Assembly (NCBI GenBank): GCA_016839765.1
Contig: JAEOTP010000007.1
Span: forward strand, 64,001-128,000
Direction: 5' to 3'
Length of the DNA: 64,000 nucleotides
Origin: Promethearchaeota archaeon
GTDB taxonomy: Archaea; Asgardarchaeota; Lokiarchaeia; Sigyniarchaeales; SOKP01
Shown: one piece after another, positions 40,421 to 49,245 of the stretch
How the letters are laid out: every line of letters starts with the position of its first letter
How positions within the stretch are numbered: position 1 is the stretch's first letter
Position numbers and translations under genes: made by a program
The notes under the pieces: model-generated
Databases searched by the model: none
Told to the model about the DNA's origin: nothing
What the model saw: only the letters and a program-made list of their open reading frames with translations

Positions 40421-41971
40421 TTGGTTAAGGCGGGAAAATATTTAATCCCAGATGAATTCACTTGGATTGGAGATTGGGCAAAACGACGTGCAATATTAAC
40501 TCCAAATCGTGAAGCGATATTCGATAATATTGAGAAAAACCTATATACATATAATGACCTTAACTTAAGAGCAAACCAGTTAGCTCGCGTTTTATTGAAT
40601 GAAGGGATATCTAAGGGAGATCGTGTAGCTATGTTTTCTACTAATAGAATTGAATGCCTGGACCTTTTTTTAGCAACAGGAAAAATAGGAGCAATTCTTG
40701 TTCCATTTAACGTGAGATTATCAATTCAAGAACTAAAGTATTTAATCAATAAAACAAGCCCTTCAATTTTTTTCTATGAATCCAAATTAAATGAAAAAGT
40801 TTCGCAGATTAAAAAAGAAGATTTAATTAAAAAAAACGTTGTTATGGGAAAAAAATCAATATTAGGGGATTCTACTACAAATACTTTAACAGGAAAAGTT
40901 TCAAGCTCAGAAGTTGAGCGCCCTATAATGAATTTTGAAGACCCTCATCTTATATTATTTACAGGGGGTACAACAGGACTTCCTAAAGGAGCGACCCTCC
41001 CTCATAGATTAATCTTTTGGAATTCTGTGAATACAATTCTTTCATGGAGTTTAAAACCAGATGATATTCAACCATTATTATTTCCTCTGTTTCACACTGG
41101 AGGTTGGAACGTTCTCTTAGTTCCTTTTTACCACCTTGGAGCAAAAACAATACTAATGGGAGATTTTGATCCTGAAAAAACAATCAATCTCATTGAAAAA
41201 GAAAAATGCACTATTGTGATCGGAGTTCCCACAATGTTCCATATGATGGCTAAAAATTCACTTTTCGATGAAAACAAATTTGGATCAGTAAGAATCTTTA
41301 TATCTGGAGGGGCTCCATGTCCCGTTGCAATTATGGAAAAGTACTGGGCAAAAGATAAACTGTTTAAAATGGGATATGGATTAACAGAAGTAGGTCCTAA
41401 CAATTTCTATCTTCCTGAAGATAAAATTAAACAAAAACCAACTTCTGTAGGTTTACCGGTATTTCATTGTGATATGAAAATTATCAATACAAAGACAGAT
41501 AAAATAGTAAAACAAGGAGAAGTTGGAGAACTCTTACTTAAAGGTCCTCATATATTTTCAGGGTATTGGGATGAGCCTGAAGAAACTGCAAAAACTATAG
41601 AATCTAATGGATGGGTTCATACTGGAGATCTAGCCATGCAAGATGATGAAGGTTTTTTTTATATTGTCGGACGTAGAAAAGAGATGTATATTAGTGGAGG
41701 GGAAAATGTTTTTCCCGTTGAAATTGAAGAACTATTATTTAAACATCCTGCCATTGACCTTGCAGCTGTTATTGGAGTACCGGACGAGAAATGGGGTGAA
41801 GTAGGAAAAGCCTTTCTTACTTTAAAATCAGGTCAAAAATTAACTACAGAAGAAATCAAAGATTATTTAACAGAAAGATTAGCTAAGTATAAAATACCTA
41901 AATATTATGAAATAAGAGATTCGTTACCTACAAGTGCAACTGGTAAAATTTTAAAACGAGAATTAGAATAA
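40421..41971 (+). CDS. Acyl-CoA synthetase (long-chain fatty acid-CoA ligase family)
   Basis: FTGGTTGLPKG, GYGLTE, HTGD, GRRKE.YISGGEN, GKI motifs. Confidence 0.94.
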   Translation: MVKAGKYLIPDEFTWIGDWAKRRAILTPNREAIFDNIEKNLYTYNDLNLRANQLARVLLNEGISKGDRVAMFSTNRIECLDLFLATGKIGAILVPFNVRLSIQELKYLINKTSPSIFFYESKLNEKVSQIKKEDLIKKNVVMGKKSILGDSTTNTLTGKVSSSEVERPIMNFEDPHLILFTGGTTGLPKGATLPHRLIFWNSVNTILSWSLKPDDIQPLLFPLFHTGGWNVLLVPFYHLGAKTILMGDFDPEKTINLIEKEKCTIVIGVPTMFHMMAKNSLFDENKFGSVRIFISGGAPCPVAIMEKYWAKDKLFKMGYGLTEVGPNNFYLPEDKIKQKPTSVGLPVFHCDMKIINTKTDKIVKQGEVGELLLKGPHIFSGYWDEPEETAKTIESNGWVHTGDLAMQDDEGFFYIVGRRKEMYISGGENVFPVEIEELLFKHPAIDLAAVIGVPDEKWGEVGKAFLTLKSGQKLTTEEIKDYLTERLAKYKIPKYYEIRDSLPTSATGKILKRELE

Positions 41972-41981
41972 GGGTTGTAGC

Positions 41982-43001
41982 ATGAAGTTTCGTCCTGTTG
42001 GGTTAGAATCATGGGGTATATATCTTCCTAAAGAAAGACATTCTAGTGATTACATTTCAAAAGAAACAGGAATTCCGAAGGTGATTCTTGAAGATAAATT
42101 TGGGCTTAAAAGTAAAACTGTTCCGGGTCCTGAAGACCATACAGTGGCAATGGGAGCAAAAGCAAGTTTTCAAGCACTTGAAAGAGCAAGAATTACTCCT
42201 AATGACATTGATATTATTATTTGGGCAGGTGAGGTTTATGCAGAAAGACCTATGATGACATATGGAATAAAACTTCAAAAATTTTTAGGGAATCCTACTC
42301 ATCCTTGGGCTTTTGATATAAATCAAAGATGCGGTACTTTTCTAGTTGGTATGTTGTTGGCCAAAAGCTTGATTCAAACCGATCCCGAAATTAATAGAAT
42401 TTTAGTAGCTAGTGGGTATAGAAATTCTGATTTAATTAATTACAAAAATCCGAGATCACGTTTTATGATAAGCCTCGCCGCAAGTGGGGCCGCAGCTGTA
42501 ATAAAAGGTGATTCTAATAAAAATGAAATATTAGGTATATCTGCAATTTCTGATGGAAGATTTGCTGATGATGTTTATGTACCTGCTGGGGGAACTGAAT
42601 ATCCTATTTCTGCTGAAGCAATTGAGCAAGATTTAATCTATCTAGATGTTCCAGATCCAGACGGATTAAAAGAGCGTTTAGATAATTTTTCTATGGCTTC
42701 ATTTGTCAAAGTTATCGATGATGCTCTTAAAAAATCGGGTTATAAAAGAGAAGATATTGGCTATTTAGCTCTGCTTCACATGAAGAGGAGTGCATTTGAG
42801 TATGTTGCTAATGCTATTGGAGTCGATCCCTACAAACAAGCTACATATTTTGAGGATATTGGACATAATGGTCAAAATGACGGAATAATCTCTTTGGAAT
42901 ATGGCATAAAAAGTGGGAAGATTAGTGATGGAGACATAGTAGTTTTGACGGCAGCAGGAATAGGATGGGCTTGGAATGCAGGAGTAATTAAGTGGGGATA
43001 A
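41982..43001 (+). CDS. 3-oxoacyl-ACP synthase III (FabH-like) condensing enzyme
   Basis: FDINQRCG catalytic Cys, LLHMK, GHNGQND, AAGIGW motifs. Confidence 0.9.
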   Translation: MKFRPVGLESWGIYLPKERHSSDYISKETGIPKVILEDKFGLKSKTVPGPEDHTVAMGAKASFQALERARITPNDIDIIIWAGEVYAERPMMTYGIKLQKFLGNPTHPWAFDINQRCGTFLVGMLLAKSLIQTDPEINRILVASGYRNSDLINYKNPRSRFMISLAASGAAAVIKGDSNKNEILGISAISDGRFADDVYVPAGGTEYPISAEAIEQDLIYLDVPDPDGLKERLDNFSMASFVKVIDDALKKSGYKREDIGYLALLHMKRSAFEYVANAIGVDPYKQATYFEDIGHNGQNDGIISLEYGIKSGKISDGDIVVLTAAGIGWAWNAGVIKWG

Positions 43002-43028
43002 ATTTTTTAAGAATTAAAAAATTTTTTT

Positions 43029-43805
43029 TTATTTTTTCCAAAACGAGATTGTAAGATCATTAAATTCTTTTGGATGATCTAGTATAGTTAAATGTCCTGC
43101 ATCAGGGATAATAACCAATTCTGATTGAGGTAACCATTCATGAATCATTTCACTTGCCCACACAGGACAAGTTATATCTTTTTTACCGACTAATACTAAC
43201 ACTGGAAAATTTAATGTTTTTAAATTCTCACAAATATTTACTCCTGCAGAACCCATGGTTGCTTGAATTAAATCCTTTTTTGTCATATGATCTATAACCA
43301 TTTTTTTTACAATTTGAGCCGTTTTCTCATCGTAAGGAATCAAACCTCGTACACTGATACCTGATGCAAAATCATCAACCTTATAAGTGTTGATACGACC
43401 AAGAACATCTGTCATGGCTTCTTGGCTTACGAAACAGAAACCATCTGCCACCACCATTTTTTTAACATGAGAAGGATAAAGTATAGGATATGCTAGAGCA
43501 ATTATCCCCCCAAGAGAATGTCCAACCAAATAAAGGTCTGTTGTCCAATTTAAATGATTAAGTAGAGCATGTAAATCTTCAGCATAATTTCTTACTGTAA
43601 ATCTCTTTTTAGGTTTTGTTGTTCTTCCATGACCTCTAAGATCATAACGTAAAACATGAAATTCCGTTTCAAAAACAGGCAATTGTTTATACCAACAATC
43701 ACTATTAATGAATAGACCATGAATTAATACCATTTTGGGTTTATTACGATCCCCACTTATTTCATAAGCAATTTCAAACCCTTTTTCAGGAGAATAGAAT
43801 TCCAC
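43029..43805 (-). CDS. Alpha/beta hydrolase (enol-lactonase-like)
   Basis: IHG, YDLRGHG, GHSLGG, G.KD, AGH motifs. Confidence 0.92.
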   Translation of the reverse strand: MEFYSPEKGFEIAYEISGDRNKPKMVLIHGLFINSDCWYKQLPVFETEFHVLRYDLRGHGRTTKPKKRFTVRNYAEDLHALLNHLNWTTDLYLVGHSLGGIIALAYPILYPSHVKKMVVADGFCFVSQEAMTDVLGRINTYKVDDFASGISVRGLIPYDEKTAQIVKKMVIDHMTKKDLIQATMGSAGVNICENLKTLNFPVLVLVGKKDITCPVWASEMIHEWLPQSELVIIPDAGHLTILDHPKEFNDLTISFWKK

Positions 43806-43993
43806 TAGTTAACACCATATACTATTTTTTATTCCTTAAAATACAGATTATCTTTGAGTTCTAATAAACTTTAATTAAAAATAAATGAAAAATAAATCTA
43901 AGTAGATGGGAGTTAGAAATATTTATATAGCTGACTAGTAAAATATAGATTAATTAGAATTTTAATATAAAAAATCAATTGAAAGGGTTTATA

Positions 43994-44878
43994 ATGAAAA
44001 AATTAAAAGTAACTCTCTTGGCCGTTATTTTTATAAGTATCGCTTTTTCATTTACTCCGCCAGTACTTCCTCAAGTTGGGACCTATACATTTCATGGGGC
44101 TGCGGGAAATGAAAAAATATTAGAAGTAAGGGTTGCTGATAATTCAAGTCTCGAAGATCTTTTCGGTGCAGGCTATGCTTCAATCTTAGAGGGTTTTTTT
44201 GATCCAGGATGCTTAATTGTAGGAGCACAAAAGAAATCTTTAGTCACAGCAGTAAATTTTAGTGCTAAATTTGATCCGTTAACTTATATTTTTCCAACTC
44301 CTGGGCCTATAGTTGATGTAGCTGAATACAACACAAGTAATTGGGATTGGACAACAGGGGCTTTTAGTTCAACTCCAGATTCAATCGGGGACATCGTAAT
44401 AAGTTTCTACGATCCAACAGAACTAACACAATTCATTAACAATTTTTATGTCACATGGGGTGGTTTTTTGGGGGTAGGGAATATACCCTATAATATTTCT
44501 ACTCATACTGCTGGTGCCTTCTTGGCTCAATTACCAACACCAGTAGCCCAATATTTAGGCGCATTGGTATGGGAACCTGATTGGACAAATATTGGTAACA
44601 CTATTGTACACAATGCAGCAGCTCTTGATTATATCTTTGGAACGGCTATTCAATATCTAGAAGATTGTACAGAGACTTGGACCTATGATGGTACATATGG
44701 AGCATGGATTGGCTATAATATTTTAGATAATGAATCTAATACTATTTATGAATTCTCAATTGAATTGCCTGCTGCTGCCGAAATTCCCGGTTATGAGCTT
44801 ACAATTATTTTAGGCGTGGCTACACTGACATCAATCGGTTTAATATCTGTTTTGATGAAAAAGAAAAATAATAATTAA
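43994..44878 (+). CDS. Secreted surface protein with C-terminal IPGY-TM-basic (Loki-CTERM-type) anchor
   Basis: Signal peptide MKKLKV...; ends EIPGYELTIILGVATLTSIGLISVLMKKK. Confidence 0.8.
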   Translation: MKKLKVTLLAVIFISIAFSFTPPVLPQVGTYTFHGAAGNEKILEVRVADNSSLEDLFGAGYASILEGFFDPGCLIVGAQKKSLVTAVNFSAKFDPLTYIFPTPGPIVDVAEYNTSNWDWTTGAFSSTPDSIGDIVISFYDPTELTQFINNFYVTWGGFLGVGNIPYNISTHTAGAFLAQLPTPVAQYLGALVWEPDWTNIGNTIVHNAAALDYIFGTAIQYLEDCTETWTYDGTYGAWIGYNILDNESNTIYEFSIELPAAAEIPGYELTIILGVATLTSIGLISVLMKKKNNN

Positions 44879-44920
44879 ACTTCAAAATTTTTTTTTATTT
44901 TATAATATTTTAAATGCAAT

Positions 44921-45670
44921 TTATTTATCAGAACTTTTTTTAAATAAATTTTTAAAAATTTTAATTCGCCCAGTTGTTATACCACGTGATAAATACATAA
45001 ATGGAGTATCTATAACTCCAAAAAACCACTTAGTAATGATTTGTCCTAATATCATTTCCCCGATAAGTATTAAAGGATAATCTCCCATAAAGGCAATAGT
45101 TATGAAAAGCACGCTGTCTAAAGCTAATGTTGGTATATCACTGAAGACATTCCTGATCCACAAATTCTTATCTTTAGTCAATTTTTTAAGTTTTGCATAT
45201 ATCACGGCATCAAGATTTTCTGTTATAATGAATGCGATCCACGATGCTGCTGTTATTCGTAAAGTTGAGCCAAAGAAACTTATCCAATATTGTTGAGTTG
45301 TTGTTGGATCGCCCCCCCAAAAGGGTGCTGGAATTATCTCAATACTAAACCAAATAAATATCGACATAAAGATTTGAGTAATAAATGCGATGAAGATCAT
45401 TCTATGTGTTCTTTTTCGCCCGAAATTTTCATTTACCATGTCTGTAATCTGAAATGTAAATGGAAAAATAAGAACTGCTACCGGAGCTGTAATTTGAAAA
45501 GTTCCGATGCTGAAGTCTCCAATTTTTGCCGCAATTATTTGAGAAATTGTTATAAATAAAATATAAAAGGCAATTGCTACATCTTCTTTTTGCTGAGTTT
45601 TAATATACTGGCTTATAAAGAGCGTTGAGATGAAAATCGTAATAATCCATATTAATAATATTAACCACAT
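44921..45670 (-). CDS. Queuosine/archaeosine precursor transporter (YhhQ/VUT family)
   Basis: FPFTF..TD..NE.FG, R...AS..AF, W.RN..S, D..LF..IAF, DTPF motifs. Confidence 0.88.
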   Translation of the reverse strand: MWLILLIWIITIFISTLFISQYIKTQQKEDVAIAFYILFITISQIIAAKIGDFSIGTFQITAPVAVLIFPFTFQITDMVNENFGRKRTHRMIFIAFITQIFMSIFIWFSIEIIPAPFWGGDPTTTQQYWISFFGSTLRITAASWIAFIITENLDAVIYAKLKKLTKDKNLWIRNVFSDIPTLALDSVLFITIAFMGDYPLILIGEMILGQIITKWFFGVIDTPFMYLSRGITTGRIKIFKNLFKKSSDK

Positions 45671-45870
45671 TTCAATCGACTTATTTCAATTTTTAAAATA
45701 ATAATAAAATTTTATTTATCCTGCTTTTTAAAATAATCTCTTAGTAGATTATTAAATAAAGTTGAATGTTATATAAACAATGTATTTTTATTTTACTTCA
45801 TATTTTATCATGGGATAATTGGAGGTAAGAAATTATCAAAAATAACTTAGTTAAAACTATTTTAGATTTA

Positions 45871-47148
45871 TTGTCTGAATTTACTGAAGGAAAAACTCAA
45901 ATTATTAAAGAAGAGAAGAGGTATAATCCTCAAATTATCCATTATTATAACGAAATTATCAGAAATTGGAATAAATTAAATTTTATTGTCCAAAAGACAC
46001 TTAGATCATTGGAAAAATCCAATGAGGATAGGTCTTATACCAATGAGCTATTATTGCTTGCTACATATCGGTTAATATTTGAAAAAGTAGACATTGAAAC
46101 AATTATCAAAGAAATGGGCCAAAAAAATGACTTTATTTCATTCTTAGAAAAGCTAAAAACATTTTCTTGGAAACTTGCATTAAAGGGTAAAAGTAAACTT
46201 GAAAAATTAAGCATTAAGGAAGCAATTCCTAGCTTTTTTATTGAACATCTAGTACCGGTAATGAACTTTGATTTTTTAAAAGAAAATATTAAATATATGA
46301 ATCAGTATACATCTCAGAAGAATATTACCTTTAGAATTAATACATTACCTAATGATTCATTAGAATCATTAAAAAATTCAATAGAAAAAGAATTTAATGA
46401 AAATAATATAAAAATTAGGCAAGATGCTAAAATTCCACTTATATTTCATACATCACTTAAAAACAAAAGAAGAATTCTTCTTAGCGATTGGTATAGAAAT
46501 GGTAAATTAATTTTTCAAGATAAAGCATCTTTTTTAATTATTCAATTATTATCACCCCAATCAGGAGATTTTATTTGCGATATGTGTGCTGCCCCTGGAA
46601 TTAAATCTAGTTTAATTGCTCAATTAACTAAAAATGAAGCTAAGATTATCTGTAATGATTTTAATAATAAACGATTGAAATTTACTAAGTTTTTTTTGAA
46701 TTTTTTAAAGGTGTCGAATATTTTTTTAATCAATTCAGATGGAACAAACTTTCCTGTTAATTTAAAAACTAAATTTGATAGAATGTTGATTGATGCTCCT
46801 TGTACAGGTAGTGGAACTTTTTTATCAAATCCAGAACTTAAATGGCGTCAAAATCCAACATTTCTTCATCAAAATATTGTATTTCAAGAAAAATTACTAG
46901 AATCAGGATTAAAATATCTAAAGCCTAACGGTATATTAATTTATTCTACTTGTAGTTTGTATCCTGAAGAAGGAGAATTACAAATTATAAAGTTTAAAGA
47001 AGCCTTAGAACCTTTAACTGTACCAAAATGGTTTTCACCTAGTTATAAAATTAATAATGTGGAATTGAAAGGTACAGGAAGATTATTTCCAGCAATTCAT
47101 AAGACCCAAGGATTTTTTGTGGGTAAATTCAAAAAAAAGGAAAAATAA
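45871..47148 (+). CDS. RsmB/NOL1/NOP2/Sun RNA m5C methyltransferase
   Basis: QDKAS, DMCAAPG.K, DAPCTGSG, YSTCS, EGE, GFF motifs. Confidence 0.94.
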   Translation: MSEFTEGKTQIIKEEKRYNPQIIHYYNEIIRNWNKLNFIVQKTLRSLEKSNEDRSYTNELLLLATYRLIFEKVDIETIIKEMGQKNDFISFLEKLKTFSWKLALKGKSKLEKLSIKEAIPSFFIEHLVPVMNFDFLKENIKYMNQYTSQKNITFRINTLPNDSLESLKNSIEKEFNENNIKIRQDAKIPLIFHTSLKNKRRILLSDWYRNGKLIFQDKASFLIIQLLSPQSGDFICDMCAAPGIKSSLIAQLTKNEAKIICNDFNNKRLKFTKFFLNFLKVSNIFLINSDGTNFPVNLKTKFDRMLIDAPCTGSGTFLSNPELKWRQNPTFLHQNIVFQEKLLESGLKYLKPNGILIYSTCSLYPEEGELQIIKFKEALEPLTVPKWFSPSYKINNVELKGTGRLFPAIHKTQGFFVGKFKKKEK

Positions 47149-47186
47149 TATAAATTATTACTTTTTCAATTCAGTAGGTTATTTAA

Positions 47187-47999
47187 ATGGTTAATAATAA
47201 GAAAAAATTCTGGACTATAAGTGAAATTGATGCAACTGGTGTGAGAGGGCCTCATGAAATAGAATTAAAAAACATTAGTAATGCTAAATACCATAATTTC
47301 ATTAATATTGACCAAGAAAAACTCTTAAAGATTGTAAACGAAGATTTAGGAGCAAAAATTGAAAATATGGGATTAAATGAAGATTGGACTATAACAATTG
47401 AAATGTTTCCTCAAGTAAAAATTCATATAATTTATAGTTATTTTGGTGATGAATTTGGTGACATCGAAGCAGAATTTAAATTTTTATTTTCTGGCGAACA
47501 TGCAAATATGGTTCCAGGTGAAGATAGTGCCACATTTATAGATGTTATAATAGATTTCTTAGAAAGAAGGATTAAAGAAGAAGAACCTTTTGGTAAAAAT
47601 TATGAAAAGAAATCTGAGTTAATGGAAAAGGTTCTAATTCAGAGAGCTAACCCTTTTTCATTATTAGTTGAAAAGGATCTCGAAAAACTTGCAGAATTTA
47701 TAGGAGCTAAAGTATGGAAAACTAAAGGTGGATGGAAAATTAAAAGACAAATCTTTCCAAAAATCTTTACAGAAATAACATGGGATTACCAGAATGGATT
47801 AGATATTTCCTTCTTTGGAGATAATTTATCAAAGAATATAAGCAGTTATCATGGAGAATTAATCGGGATTTTCACCATAAATCACATTTTGAGATATATA
47901 ACAATTCGAAATGAAGAGAAAGATTTACCAGATATTTGCTATATGATGTTTTCTCGGCATTACACAAAAGCTAAAAATTGGAATCATAGAACTCGATAA
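47187..47999 (+). CDS. Hypothetical protein with internal duplication (DUF3786-like)
   Basis: Two copies of W.I...FP...I...F.G(E/D). Confidence 0.6.
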   Translation: MVNNKKKFWTISEIDATGVRGPHEIELKNISNAKYHNFINIDQEKLLKIVNEDLGAKIENMGLNEDWTITIEMFPQVKIHIIYSYFGDEFGDIEAEFKFLFSGEHANMVPGEDSATFIDVIIDFLERRIKEEEPFGKNYEKKSELMEKVLIQRANPFSLLVEKDLEKLAEFIGAKVWKTKGGWKIKRQIFPKIFTEITWDYQNGLDISFFGDNLSKNISSYHGELIGIFTINHILRYITIRNEEKDLPDICYMMFSRHYTKAKNWNHRTR

Positions 48000-48042
48000 T
48001 CTTTTCCTTCCTTAAAAAAAAATTAATAAAAAGAATAAAATT

Positions 48043-48600
48043 TTATTCAATTGTCCAAATTACTGTTCTTCCTTTCTTTTTGAACCTTTTAACTTTTTTA
48101 GCACTTTCTAAATCGGACATAACTTTCCAAATTTGAGAGTTGCTTAGCTTAAAATACCTTCTTAATTCTGGTGTTGACATTTGAGTGCCGTTTAAAAGGT
48201 TTATTATTAATCTCTTAATCTCATCAACAGTATCTTCGTCTGAACTATCTGAATCTTCCTCAGAGTCATTATCATTTACTTCCATTTCATCAATTATCCT
48301 CAAAGCAATTTTATTTAATTCTTTTAAGTTATTTTCAATACCCTGGGGTTTCATAAATAAGCAACATAATTCTAAGTCTCTTGGAAAAGCTACTATATAA
48401 AATTTGTCGTATAGTATTGCTCTTGGTTTTTTTCCTGCATTTCCTCCTCGAAATGCAAGATAAAAATTCATAGCAAAATCATCTAATTTCAATAGCTTAG
48501 CACTATTACTATATCCTCGTTTCCATTTAAGAAATGGACCATCAATCATATCAAATCCAATAAGAGCAGCCCCAAAAAGTTCTTTTTCATTAAAATGCAA
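48043..48600 (-). CDS. uDENN/longin-like domain fused to a C-terminal winged helix
   Basis: AALIGFDMIDGP (hhhxFD..GP), acidic linker, STPELRRYFKLSNSQIWKVMSDLESAKKVKRFKKKGRTVIW; GGAGG RBS. Confidence 0.65.
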   Translation of the reverse strand: MHFNEKELFGAALIGFDMIDGPFLKWKRGYSNSAKLLKLDDFAMNFYLAFRGGNAGKKPRAILYDKFYIVAFPRDLELCCLFMKPQGIENNLKELNKIALRIIDEMEVNDNDSEEDSDSSDEDTVDEIKRLIINLLNGTQMSTPELRRYFKLSNSQIWKVMSDLESAKKVKRFKKKGRTVIWTIE

Positions 48601-49135
48601 TTTCTTTCATCCTCCTTTTAGCAATTTTTTCTAATTCTTTTTTTATAATATTCATAAGTTTACGACGTTCAGCGGGATTAATTGCTGTAAGGCCATATGT
48701 TTTTACATGAAGTATATCTTCTACTCTTTTAGGTTCCATTCTTCCATCATTTTTCGCTAAATCCTGCTTATTGGCAATCACTATTATAGGGCAGTTATTC
48801 TCGACAAAATGGGTTGCATAATTAATTAATTCGCGAGATTTTAGAACATTTTTCGGTGATGAATCGGTTACTACAAAAAGGAGATCTGAACCTAATAAAT
48901 GATCCCTGCTGCAAGATTGTAGATAACCTTGCTGTCCAGCGAAATCCCATAACTTGATGGTAAAACTATCAAACTTTACAGTCTTTAAGTCAAACCCATG
49001 GGTGGGTAGATAAATTCTATCAATTGTATTTTTAGAAAGCAATTTTAAAATTGTAGTTTTACCAACAGCGGGAGATCCAATTATGCTAACCTTGTAAAGA
49101 TTATGTAATTCAGAACTCAACATCTTATTAATCAA
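48590..49135 (-). CDS. Ras-superfamily small GTPase (Arf/Rab-like)
   Basis: G1 GSPAVGKT, G2 PT, G3 WDFAGQ, G4 NKQD, G5 TA. Confidence 0.93.
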   Translation of the reverse strand: MINKMLSSELHNLYKVSIIGSPAVGKTTILKLLSKNTIDRIYLPTHGFDLKTVKFDSFTIKLWDFAGQQGYLQSCSRDHLLGSDLLFVVTDSSPKNVLKSRELINYATHFVENNCPIIVIANKQDLAKNDGRMEPKRVEDILHVKTYGLTAINPAERRKLMNIIKKELEKIAKRRMKEIAF

Positions 49136-49245
49136 AAAAAAAGAATTTGTTTAAAGTTAAAAGAACTCATAGTTTATATGAATCTGGATAATATCTACAT
49201 ATCATGGAAGCATTTAAGGAAAAATAAAGTAAATATTGAACTTTC

